Origin: an uncultured Oscillospiraceae bacterium
Lineage (GTDB): Bacteria; Bacillota; Clostridia; Oscillospirales; Oscillospiraceae
Assembly: GCA_944385835.1 (NCBI GenBank)
Contig: CALWYT010000087.1
Coordinates: 1 to 40,773, forward strand
DNA length: 40,773 nucleotides
Direction of reading: 5' to 3'
Shown: positions 19,290-27,479 of the stretch, piece by piece
Layout of the letters: each line of letters starts with the position of its first letter
How positions within the stretch are numbered: the first letter of the stretch is position 1
Made by a program: the position numbers and the translations under genes
Notes under the pieces: model-generated
The model's database searches: none
Seen by the model: the letters and a program-made list of their open reading frames with translations, nothing else
Told to the model about the DNA's origin: nothing

Positions 19290-21368
19290 ATGCGAAGATT
19301 CTATACCCTCGTGGTGAGCAACCCGAAAAAGCTGCTGGCGCTTTTCGCGCTGCTGGTGGTTGCCGCCGCGGCCTGCCAGACGGGGGTGGACGTGAACTAC
19401 AACGTCACGGACTACCTCCCGCCGGATACGCCCTCCACGCAGGCGCTGGAGGTTCTCGGCGAGGAGTTCGCCGGGGGCATACCCAACGCGCGCTGCATGG
19501 TGCGCGACGTGACGCTGCCGGAGGCGCTGGAGATAAAGTCGCGCCTCGCCGCCGTACCCGGCGTGGAGTCCGTCACCTGGCTGGACGACGCCGTGGACGT
19601 GCTCGCGCCGCTGGAGACGCAGGACGCCTCCACGGTGGAGGCGTACTACAAGGACGGCGCGGCGCTCTACACGCTGACCATCTCCGAGGAGCACAGGATA
19701 GACGCCGTCGCGGCCGTGCGCGAGATAGCGGGTGAGGACGGCGCGCTGACGGGGGACGCGGCCTCCACCGCCGACGCGACCACGGGTACCGTGGCCGAGG
19801 TGCGGCTCATCACCGTGATAGCCGTGCTGTTCGTATGGCTCATACTCACGCTCACGACCTCCAACTGGGCCGAGCCTGTTATCGTTCTTGTGGGGCTGGG
19901 CGTGGCGACGGTGCTGAACGCGGGCAGCAATATAATCTTCGGCGAGATAAGTTTTGTCACAAACGCCGCCGGCAGCGTGCTGCAGCTGGCCTGCACGCTG
20001 GACTATTCCGTCTTTCTCATACACCGCTTCGCCGAGTGCCTTGAGGACAGCCCCGACCCGCGCGAGGCCATGACGGAGGCCCTCTGCAGGTCCACCACCA
20101 GCATCATGTCCAGCGGCCTCACGACGGTGATCGGCTTCCTCGCGCTGGTGTTCATGCGCTTCGGCCTGGGCAGCGATCTGGGTACGGCCCTTGCCAAGGG
20201 CATAGTGATAAGCATGATAACCGTGTTCGTCTTTGAGCCGGCGCTGATACTCACAACCTACAAGCTGATGCGCAGGACGCGCCACCGCGCCTTCCTGCCG
20301 GGCTTCGGCAAATTCGCCCGCTTCGTCAGCCGCGTCATGCTGCCCATGCTGGCCGTGTTCGCCATAATCATGGTCCCGGCCTGCATCGCCTCCACGAAGA
20401 ACGACTTCTACTACGGCAGCGCCTACATATACGCCGAGGGTACGCGCTACGGCGAGGACACAGCCGCCGTGGAGGCGGTATTCGGCAAGAGCGACACCTA
20501 TGTCGCCATGGTAGAGCGCGGGGACACGGCCCGGGAGCAGGCCCTTTCCGACGCCCTGCACGCCATACCCGAGGTGGAGAGCGTGCTGAGCTATGTGGAC
20601 AGCGTGGGCGCGGAGATACCCATGGAGTACCTCGACCCCGGCACGCTGGAGCTGCTGGTGAGCGACGGCTACAGCCGCTTCGTGATAACGGTGGCCTCCG
20701 ACAGCGAGGGCGAGCGGGCCTTCTCGCTGGTGGAGGAGGTGCGCGCGATACTGGACTCCATCTACCCCGGCGCTTACTATCTCGCCGGCGACGGCGTGAG
20801 CGTCTACGACCTCATGGACACCATCACCGCCGACAACGTCAAAGTCAACGTCATAGCCATAGCGGCGGTGTTCCTCGTGCTGCTGCTGTCCTTCAAGAGC
20901 CTCAGCCTGCCGGTGATACTGGTGCTGAGCATAGAGACGGCCATCTGGATAAACATGGCCATACCCTATTTCCGAGGGAGCACGGTGTTCTACATCTCCT
21001 ATCTCATCGTCAGCTCCATACAGCTGGGCGCGACGGTGGACTATGCCATACTCTTCGCCGACCGCTACCTTGAGTTCCGCCGCGCCATGCCGAAGCGCGA
21101 GGCCGTGCTGCGCACGGTCAGCGCCGTCACGGTCTCCGTCTCCACCTCCGGCAGCGCGATCATCGTCGTGGGCCTGGGCCTCGGCGCGGTCTCCAAGCAC
21201 CAGATCATCTCCCAGCTGGGCTACTTCCTGGGCATAGGCGGCGCGCTGAGCCTGGCCATCGTGCTCTTTGTCCTGCCCGGCTTCATGTACCTCTGCGACG
21301 GGCTTATCCGCCGCAGCACACGCAACGCCAATTTCCTCATATCCAAGGAGGTCAAAACCCATGAGTAA
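19290..21368 (+). CDS. MMPL/RND superfamily transporter
   Basis: 692 aa. Two blocks of TM helices, each preceded by a large extracytoplasmic loop, as in MMPL/SSD-type transporters. N-terminus MRRFYTLVVSNPKKLLALFALLVVAAAA. Confidence 0.8.
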   Translation: MRRFYTLVVSNPKKLLALFALLVVAAAACQTGVDVNYNVTDYLPPDTPSTQALEVLGEEFAGGIPNARCMVRDVTLPEALEIKSRLAAVPGVESVTWLDDAVDVLAPLETQDASTVEAYYKDGAALYTLTISEEHRIDAVAAVREIAGEDGALTGDAASTADATTGTVAEVRLITVIAVLFVWLILTLTTSNWAEPVIVLVGLGVATVLNAGSNIIFGEISFVTNAAGSVLQLACTLDYSVFLIHRFAECLEDSPDPREAMTEALCRSTTSIMSSGLTTVIGFLALVFMRFGLGSDLGTALAKGIVISMITVFVFEPALILTTYKLMRRTRHRAFLPGFGKFARFVSRVMLPMLAVFAIIMVPACIASTKNDFYYGSAYIYAEGTRYGEDTAAVEAVFGKSDTYVAMVERGDTAREQALSDALHAIPEVESVLSYVDSVGAEIPMEYLDPGTLELLVSDGYSRFVITVASDSEGERAFSLVEEVRAILDSIYPGAYYLAGDGVSVYDLMDTITADNVKVNVIAIAAVFLVLLLSFKSLSLPVILVLSIETAIWINMAIPYFRGSTVFYISYLIVSSIQLGATVDYAILFADRYLEFRRAMPKREAVLRTVSAVTVSVSTSGSAIIVVGLGLGAVSKHQIISQLGYFLGIGGALSLAIVLFVLPGFMYLCDGLIRRSTRNANFLISKEVKTHE

Positions 21369-23316
21369 ACGCTTCGCCTCCGCGCTTTTAGCGCTGGTTT
21401 TCGCTCTTGCAGCAGTGACGCCGGCCTTCGCCGCGGACGATGCGGCCGCCGCGCCGCCCGACGGGGCCTCCGCCAAGGAGGAGGTAATATACTTCAACCT
21501 GGACGCGTCGGGGAAGGTGCTGGGCGCCTACGCCGTCAACAGCTTCCCGGGCGGGGAAATCACGGATTACGGCGACTACTCCGAGCTGCGCGTACTCAAC
21601 ACCGAGGACGAGATAGGCTATTCGGACGGCGTGGTCACGCTCAGCTCCGCCGCGGATAAGGTGTATTACCAGGGTACGCTTGAAAATGCCGAGCTGCCCT
21701 GGGACATCTCGCTCAGCTATAAGCTCGACGGCGAGGACATAGACCCCGAACAGCTGGGCGGGGCCTCCGGCGCGCTGGAGATACGCTTTACCGTGACCGA
21801 AAACCCGCGCAGCGCGGGCAGCTTCTACTCCGACTACGCCCTGCAGGCAAACTTCACCCTCCCCGGCGGCTGCTGCTCGGACATCTCCGCCCCGGACGCC
21901 ACGCTGGCCAGCGTGGGCGCCGACAAGCAGCTCACCTTCACCCTCCTGCCCGGCGAGGGCATAGATACGCGCATAACCGCCGAGGTCGAGGGCTTCCATA
22001 TGCCGGCGGTCAGCATAAACGGCATACACCTGAACCTGAATGTGGACGTGGACGCCGAGGGGATAAAGGGCCAGGTGAGCGAGCTGGTCGGCGCGGCGGC
22101 GCAGCTCTCGAACGGCGCGGCGGCCCTCGCGAGCGGCTCCGGCGCGCTGCTGGACGGCACGGCGGGCCTCCGGGACGGCGCTGAGAGCCTGACAAGCGGG
22201 ATAGAGTCGCTCGACTCCGGCGTCGGGGAGCTGCAAAGCGGCCTTGCGGCCATGCAGGCCGGCCTTTCGGAGCTTTCCGCCAAGTCGCCGGAGCTGACCG
22301 GCGGGGCGGCCCGGCTGGCCGCCGGGCTGAACGAGCTGTCGGCTGAGCTGGCCGCCTTCGACGTCAACGCGGAGATAGCCTCGATGCTGGCGGCCGTAGC
22401 GCCGCAGATAGAGGCCCTGACCGGCGCGGGGGCGGAGGCCCGGAGCGCGGCGGAGACGCTCAAGGGCGGCGTCAGCGGGCTTGTCGGCGAGGCGATGAGC
22501 GCGTACATGCAGATAAGCGCCGCAGTCGAGGCCAACACCGCCGCCGAGGGCGTGATAGACGCCGTCCTCGCGGACGAGGACATCGCCGCGGCGCTCGCGG
22601 AGAAGGGATACAACCTCGGCTCGGTCAAGGCCGCGCTCCAGGGCAGCAGCGCCGTCATGAACGGCGTGGTCACGACGGTGAGCGGCGCGCTCGGCAGCTT
22701 CAGCGGCTCCATCAGCGCGCTGGAGACGGCGCTCAACAACCTGGACACCGCGGCGGGCGGGCTGACCACGGCCATCTCCGGGCTGCAGGCCCAGGCGGGC
22801 GCGATAGGCGCGAAGGTGGAGCGGCTCAAGTCCGGCGTGGCCGCGCTGACCGCCGGCGCCGCGGAGCTGAGCGGCGGGGCCGGGGCCTACGCCTCCGGCG
22901 TGACGCAGCTCCTGGGCGGCTTCGGCAGCGTGATGAGCGGTGTCGGCGCGCTGGCAGAAGGCACGGGCGAGCTGCTGGCCGGGGCAGGGGAGCTGAACTC
23001 CGGCACGTCGGAGCTGTACGGCGCTGTCGCCGCCCTCTGCGAGGGCGCGGAGTCCATGGCCGCCGGGGCGGGCGAGCTGCACAGCTCGGCCGGAAGCGTG
23101 GACGTGCAGGCCCAGGTGGACGAGCTGCTCGGCGAAATAGGCGGCAGCATGGACGCGCCGGAGAGCTTCGTCTCGGCAGAGAACGGCGTGATAAGCTCTG
23201 TGCAGTTTGTCATACAGTCCGAGGCCGTCGAGGCCTCCGAGGCCGAACCGGAGCCGGAGCCGCCCGCCGAGGAGCCGACGCTCTGGCAGCGCTTCCTCGC
23301 GCTCTTCGGCCTGTAA
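21361..23316 (+). CDS. secreted protein with an N-terminal beta-rich domain and a long xxxLxxG heptad-repeat region (YhgE/Pip/EsaA-like repeat)
   Basis: ATG at 21361 overlaps the MMPL stop (ATGAGTAA). Signal peptide MSKRFASALLALVFALAAVTPAFA/ADD. About 330 aa of A/G/S/L heptads, an acidic linker, and a short hydrophobic C-terminus LWQRFLALFGL. Confidence 0.75.
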   Translation: MSKRFASALLALVFALAAVTPAFAADDAAAAPPDGASAKEEVIYFNLDASGKVLGAYAVNSFPGGEITDYGDYSELRVLNTEDEIGYSDGVVTLSSAADKVYYQGTLENAELPWDISLSYKLDGEDIDPEQLGGASGALEIRFTVTENPRSAGSFYSDYALQANFTLPGGCCSDISAPDATLASVGADKQLTFTLLPGEGIDTRITAEVEGFHMPAVSINGIHLNLNVDVDAEGIKGQVSELVGAAAQLSNGAAALASGSGALLDGTAGLRDGAESLTSGIESLDSGVGELQSGLAAMQAGLSELSAKSPELTGGAARLAAGLNELSAELAAFDVNAEIASMLAAVAPQIEALTGAGAEARSAAETLKGGVSGLVGEAMSAYMQISAAVEANTAAEGVIDAVLADEDIAAALAEKGYNLGSVKAALQGSSAVMNGVVTTVSGALGSFSGSISALETALNNLDTAAGGLTTAISGLQAQAGAIGAKVERLKSGVAALTAGAAELSGGAGAYASGVTQLLGGFGSVMSGVGALAEGTGELLAGAGELNSGTSELYGAVAALCEGAESMAAGAGELHSSAGSVDVQAQVDELLGEIGGSMDAPESFVSAENGVISSVQFVIQSEAVEASEAEPEPEPPAEEPTLWQRFLALFGL

Positions 23317-23367
23317 TTGACGCCGCCCCCGGCCTCTGGTATACTGGGGAAAAAGGAGGCGGGGCGA

Positions 23368-23952
23368 GTGAGAAAAGGGATTACACTGCTGCTGGCGGCG
23401 GCGCTGCTGGCCGCCCTTCAGGGCTGCGGCGCGGCGATAGGCCCGGCGGTGTTTACGGAAGAGGAATCGCTGGCCATGGAGCTGGTGGAGCCGGAGGCGG
23501 ACGATTGGAAGCTGCTGGAGTTTACCCTCCCGGAGCCGGCGGACACGGCCTACTTCACCGTCTGGCGCCTTGAGGACGGCAAGTGGCAGACCTTCCACCG
23601 CAGCGGCGGCAGCTGGTACGGCGGGGTAAAGGACGGGCGCATCGCCTACCGCGTGGATCTGGAGAGGCTGACGCTGGAGTTCTCGCTGCAATTCGACGGC
23701 GGAGGGGGCTACAGCATCGAAGGCCCGATAGAGCTGCCCGGCCTGGAGCCGGGCGTGGGCTGGGGCGTCTCCCTGCTCGCGGTAGAGGAGGAGCTGGCGC
23801 TGGACGAACCCTGCGCGCTGCTGCTCATATCCGGCGAGAGAGGGGACAGCCGCACCATGTACGACCCCGGCGTCGGCTTCGCCCAGCCGGAGCTGTTCGG
23901 CGAGAGCTTCGCCGGCGTGTACGCCTTCACCGTCGAGTTTTCAAATGACTGA
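23368..23952 (+). CDS. lipoprotein, unknown function
   Basis: GTG at 23368 after AAGGAGG. VRKGITLLLAAALLAALQGCG contains a lipobox. The track ORF starts at 23317. Confidence 0.65.
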   Translation: MRKGITLLLAAALLAALQGCGAAIGPAVFTEEESLAMELVEPEADDWKLLEFTLPEPADTAYFTVWRLEDGKWQTFHRSGGSWYGGVKDGRIAYRVDLERLTLEFSLQFDGGGGYSIEGPIELPGLEPGVGWGVSLLAVEEELALDEPCALLLISGERGDSRTMYDPGVGFAQPELFGESFAGVYAFTVEFSND

Positions 23953-23957
23953 GCATA

Positions 23958-23994
23958 AAACGCCCGGGGCGGGATTTTCCCGCCCCGGGCGTTT
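23958..23994. terminator. bidirectional rho-independent terminator
   Basis: AAACGCCCGGGGCGGG / CCCGCCCCGGGCGTTT perfect 16-bp stem. A-run and T-run flanks serve both convergent genes. Confidence 0.8.
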
Positions 23995-24002
23995 CGTACT
24001 TT

Positions 24003-25226
24003 TCACCGCCCCTCCGCGCGCGCGTAGACAAAGGCGTTCGGAAGGTTGCGCCCGTCCGGCAGGGCGGGATTGGAGCAGCGCGTCACGCTCTCGCCGTCGT
24101 ACCAGAGTATGGCGCTGGTTCCGCCGTCGAGGTTCATGGCCTGCATACACTCGTGCCGCTCGAGTATCGCGCCGCACTCGTCCACGCTGACGCCGAGGGA
24201 ATCTATGAGCCGGCCCTCTATCACCAGCATGAGTATCTCGCCGCGCCGCGACTGGCCGATGACCGCGCGGGGGTTGAGGCTGTCCCAGCCCCAGGCGCTC
24301 AGCCTCTCGCCGTCCACGATGACGGCCGGGGTGAACTCCACCGCGTCCGTCGTCGCCGGATCGACCGGCGCGGAGGCGTCCACGATGTACAGCCGGTCGT
24401 CCTCGCGCAGCTCTATGCGCTTGTAGCCCCAGCCCAGGTGGTCGCCCATGCCCACGCCGCAGGACATGGCGTAGCCGTTCAGCGCGCCGCCGGAGCCGGT
24501 GCCGCCCTCGTCGATGAAGGCGCTTGCGGTCATGGCCAGGACCCCGCCGTTCGCTTCGGCTATGGCCCCGGCGGTCTGGCCGGACTCGCCCAGCCGGGCG
24601 GAGCTGCGCACCGAGAGGCGGGAGGGGTCCTTCGCGACGGCCAGCACGCCGCGGTAGCCGCCGCCAGAGACGCGGACCAGCAGGATGCCGTTCGGGACGT
24701 CCACGGCCAGCACCTGCTCGCCCATCGTGGTGCGTATCGAGGTCCCCTCGTCGTCCAGGCCCGCCTCGTTTATGCAGAGCCGCTCCCAGCCGCCGTCCAG
24801 CGCCTCAGGGTGCGCGGCGAGATAGGCCTCCATGCTCCCGCGGTCTATCTCCCAGAACAGCTCGTAAAAGCCCTCCTCGCCCTCGGCAGAAGGCGCGGGC
24901 GCGGCGGTCTGCCCGCCCCAGTCCTCGGAGGAGTTGTGCTGCGTCTGCTCCTCCATGGCCTCGGCCCGGGAGGCCATGGCCTTGTCTATGACGCTCTTCG
25001 GCAGGAAGGCCGTGGCCAGCCACTGGTGGTTCATCGTGTCCATGGCGGTCTGGATGTATATGTTCCTCCACTTGGCGATGAAGGGTATGTCGGAAAAGGC
25101 GGCGAGGCAGTACAGCCCCGCGAGCAGGGCCAGCGCAGCCGCAGCGGCGGCGAGCGCCCGGCGAGAGCGGCGCGGCCGCGGCGCGTGCCTGGAGCCGGTA
25201 TTGCCAAACAGTTTGATCTTGCTCAT
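24003..25226 (-). CDS. phosphodiester glycosidase family protein (NAGPA/DUF2233 domain), membrane-anchored
   Basis: ATG at 25226 (MSKIKLFGNT...), one TM anchor. C-terminal region has NPRAVIGQSRRGEILMLVIEGR and AMNLDGGTSA, typical of PF09992. Confidence 0.75.
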   Translation of the reverse strand: MSKIKLFGNTGSRHAPRPRRSRRALAAAAAALALLAGLYCLAAFSDIPFIAKWRNIYIQTAMDTMNHQWLATAFLPKSVIDKAMASRAEAMEEQTQHNSSEDWGGQTAAPAPSAEGEEGFYELFWEIDRGSMEAYLAAHPEALDGGWERLCINEAGLDDEGTSIRTTMGEQVLAVDVPNGILLVRVSGGGYRGVLAVAKDPSRLSVRSSARLGESGQTAGAIAEANGGVLAMTASAFIDEGGTGSGGALNGYAMSCGVGMGDHLGWGYKRIELREDDRLYIVDASAPVDPATTDAVEFTPAVIVDGERLSAWGWDSLNPRAVIGQSRRGEILMLVIEGRLIDSLGVSVDECGAILERHECMQAMNLDGGTSAILWYDGESVTRCSNPALPDGRNLPNAFVYARAEGR

Positions 25227-25251
25227 GGAACAGCTCCCGTCCTGACGAGAA

Positions 25252-25278
25252 GGCCGCCGCGCTTTCAGCGCGGCGGCC
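25252..25278 (-). terminator. terminator hairpin after the riboswitch-controlled operon
   Basis: GGCCGCCGCGC / GCGCGGCGGCC perfect 11-bp stem, 5-nt loop. TTCTCGTC follows on the minus strand. Confidence 0.55.
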
Positions 25279-25282
25279 GGGG

Positions 25283-25834
25283 TTATTTTATGCCTGCGCG
25301 CGCGTTGAGGGCGCGCAGCAGCTTTGAGAAGGGCAGTATCAGCAGCCCGGCGGCCAGGTTCCCCACGCAGTGGACGGCGTCGAAGGGCAGGCCGGCGGCT
25401 ATCCACGCCGGCGCGGCCCTCCAGCTCAGGCCGAAGGCTATGATCTGCCAGGGCGTGTAGAGCGCGCCGTAGGCGAGGCCGTGCAGGGCGCAGACCGCGG
25501 GATAGACCGCCGCCGCGGCCCGGTCGGGCATATCGCGCGGCAGCAGCATCGTGACGCCCCAGAGTATGGTCCAGAGGTAGAGATGCGGCGGCCACCACAG
25601 CGGGAAGCCGTAGGTAAGCCCCTCCAGAAGCGCGTATATGTAGATGGGGTACAGCGCCCGGCCGCGGTAGACCACGGTCAGCAGCATGGTGAACATCCCC
25701 AGGAGGTGTATGTTCGGCAGCGCCGCCATTATCTCCTTGGAGGCGAACATCAGCGTGCCGAACATGGCGAACACCGCCATCTCACGGACGCTGAGCCTCC
25801 CCTTACGCCGCTTCGCGCACAAAGGCGTACTCAC
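25283..25834 (-). CDS. ECF-transporter S-component-like membrane protein (possible cobalamin-specific CbrT type)
   Basis: 183-aa ORF with about 6 TM segments. N-terminus KGRLSVREMAVFAMFGTLMFA is typical of S components. Start uncertain (GTG 25834, TTG 25822 or ATG 25780). Context is DUF4430 plus a B12 riboswitch. Confidence 0.6.
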   Translation of the reverse strand: MSTPLCAKRRKGRLSVREMAVFAMFGTLMFASKEIMAALPNIHLLGMFTMLLTVVYRGRALYPIYIYALLEGLTYGFPLWWPPHLYLWTILWGVTMLLPRDMPDRAAAAVYPAVCALHGLAYGALYTPWQIIAFGLSWRAAPAWIAAGLPFDAVHCVGNLAAGLLILPFSKLLRALNARAGIK

Positions 25835-26285
25835 CGCCGTCCGTCACGGGCGTCGTGTCCACGCCGCTGACGGCGTACTCGCCGCCCACATAGAGCGACC
25901 AGTAATAGCCGTCGGCGTCGTAGTCGGCGCTTATGCCGTTGACAGCCTTGACGTAGAGGCCGAACTCGCTCTCATCCCCGGAGATGAGGCCGTTCTCCTC
26001 CAGCGCGGCGCGCAGGTACTCCGCGTCCGTGTGGACGGTGAACGCCACCGTTTTGTTCCCGGCGGTACACTCAAAGCGTATGGTCTTGGCCCCCTCGCCC
26101 AGCTCCGTGTCCGCGGCGTACAGGGCCGAGGCCCACAGCACCCCGCCGTCTCCGGCGGCCGTGGGCGCGGCGGACTCGAGGGCCTGGGAGGTCTCCTCCG
26201 CGCCCGGCGCGCCGCCGCCGGCGGCTACGCCAAGCTCCTTCGCCCGCGCCACCTCCAGCGCGGCGGTTGATTTCGTCTTGTTCAT
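25803..26285 (-). CDS. DUF4430 (transcobalamin-like C-terminal domain) protein
   Basis: ATG at 26285 after GGAG. C-terminal GLYVKAVNGISADYDADGYYWSLYVGGEYAVSGVDTTPVTDGGEYAF matches the DUF4430 pattern. No signal peptide seen. Confidence 0.7.
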   Translation of the reverse strand: MNKTKSTAALEVARAKELGVAAGGGAPGAEETSQALESAAPTAAGDGGVLWASALYAADTELGEGAKTIRFECTAGNKTVAFTVHTDAEYLRAALEENGLISGDESEFGLYVKAVNGISADYDADGYYWSLYVGGEYAVSGVDTTPVTDGGEYAFVREAA

Positions 26286-26299
26286 TACACACACTCCAA

Positions 26300-26495
26300 T
26301 GCATTTTGTCGCAGCTCACGATCCCCGGGCGCCCCTTGGGGCGTCCGCTCCGTCCGGGCGGGCATTCCGGCTTGCCAAAGGCTCACGGCAATGGCTGTTG
26401 CGGCGGATTTTCACCGCCTTCCCCCGCCCCCTCCCGCCGCGTCGCACGCGGCGCTCAGGCCCGGCTTGGCCGGGCGGCGGCGTATCGGTCTGTGC
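26300..26495 (-). promoter_or_regulatory. probable cobalamin riboswitch
   Basis: Minus-strand leader contains GGGAAGGCGGTGAAAATCCGCCGCAACAGCCATTGCCGTGAG (conserved core GGGAA..GGTGAAAATCC..GCCAyTG) and AAGCCGGAATGCCCGCCC (B12-box-like AGYCMGGA..CC.GCC). It sits in front of DUF4430 plus an S component. Confidence 0.7.
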
Positions 26496-26501
26496 GGGGG
26501 T

Positions 26502-26530
26502 ATTTTAGCACGATTGGCCCCGCGTGTAAA
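26502..26530 (-). promoter_or_regulatory. promoter driving the riboswitch operon
   Basis: Minus strand: TTTACA (26530-26525), 17-nt spacer, TAAAAT (26507-26502). Confidence 0.5.
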
Positions 26531-26558
26531 GCGCGCAGCCGCGCCGTGCGGCCCTGAC

Positions 26559-26603
26559 CAGAAAAATATTCTGGTTATGGTTGACTATCAGAATTTTATT
26601 CTG
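26559..26603. promoter_or_regulatory. two copies of a 15-bp palindromic operator-like motif CAGAA(A/T)NNNATTCTG
   Basis: cagaaaaatattctg (26559-26573) and cagaattttattctg (26589-26603), spaced 30 bp start to start. The second fills the spacer of the yheO-like promoter. Confidence 0.5.
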
Positions 26604-26609
26604 TATAAT
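26581..26609 (+). promoter_or_regulatory. promoter of the YheO-like regulator gene
   Basis: TTGACT (26581-26586), 17-nt spacer, TATAAT (26604-26609). AGGGGAG RBS and ATG at 26630 lie downstream. Confidence 0.6.
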
Positions 26610-26629
26610 TGGGCAAAGGGGAGAGCGCA

Positions 26630-27280
26630 ATGCAGTTTAGCCTGGAGTTCATTGAGCAGTTTACCGACAACCTGGGGAAGATACTGGGGCCGAAGTGCGA
26701 GATAGTCGTCCACGACTTCACCGGCGACCTGGAGCACACGATCGTGCATATCGTCAACGGCGAGAACACCGGCAGGAAGGTGGGCGACGCCCCGACGAAC
26801 CTTTTCTTCGAGCATCTGCAGGCGATCAAGGAGCACAAAAAGACGGAGCAGTTCTCGGAGTACTACACCTTTACCGAGGACGGGAGGACGATACACTCCT
26901 CCTCGACCTTCCTCGCGGACGAAAACGGCGACACGGTGGGCGCCATCTGCGTGAACTACGACATCAGCGAGCTGCTGCGTATGAACAGCGCGCTGGGCGC
27001 GATGATAGGCAGCGGCATGGACAAGGGCGTGGTCAAGGAGAAATTCGCCCGGAATGTGCAGGAGCTTATGGACCACTACCTGCTGGAGGTCGTGCAGGAG
27101 ATAGGCAAGCCGGGCAGCCAGATGGACAGGGCCGAGAAGCTGCGCGCCCTGGCGTATCTGGACGGCAAGGGCATAACGCTCATCTCCAAGGCCCACGTGA
27201 AGCTCTGCGAATTTTTCAACGTTTCCAAGTACACGCTGTATAACTACCTGGACGAAGTCAGGAAAAAGGGCGCCGAATAG
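26630..27280 (+). CDS. YheO-like transcriptional regulator (PAS_6 sensor plus C-terminal HTH_22)
   Basis: MQFSLEFIEQFTDNLGKILGPKCEIVVHDF...HTIVHIVNG..TGRKVGDAPTN and the C-terminal LCEFFNVSKYTLYNYLDE match the YheO/DauR-type architecture. Confidence 0.75.
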   Translation: MQFSLEFIEQFTDNLGKILGPKCEIVVHDFTGDLEHTIVHIVNGENTGRKVGDAPTNLFFEHLQAIKEHKKTEQFSEYYTFTEDGRTIHSSSTFLADENGDTVGAICVNYDISELLRMNSALGAMIGSGMDKGVVKEKFARNVQELMDHYLLEVVQEIGKPGSQMDRAEKLRALAYLDGKGITLISKAHVKLCEFFNVSKYTLYNYLDEVRKKGAE

Positions 27281-27479
27281 GCGCGCAAAGGGGGCATGAC
27301 GCAGCGGATACGTGAAAGCAGCCTTTATGATTGGAGGGATGGCGCTCCCGCCGCAGGAAGGCGGGAAGGGGAAGGCAAATTTGGGCGAGGCTTGATAAAT
27401 AATATGCACTTCAATGTCAAGCCCGCGGCCGCGGACAAGCTCCGCGCCTGATTTATCAACACGGAAGGGGTGTGCTGAA

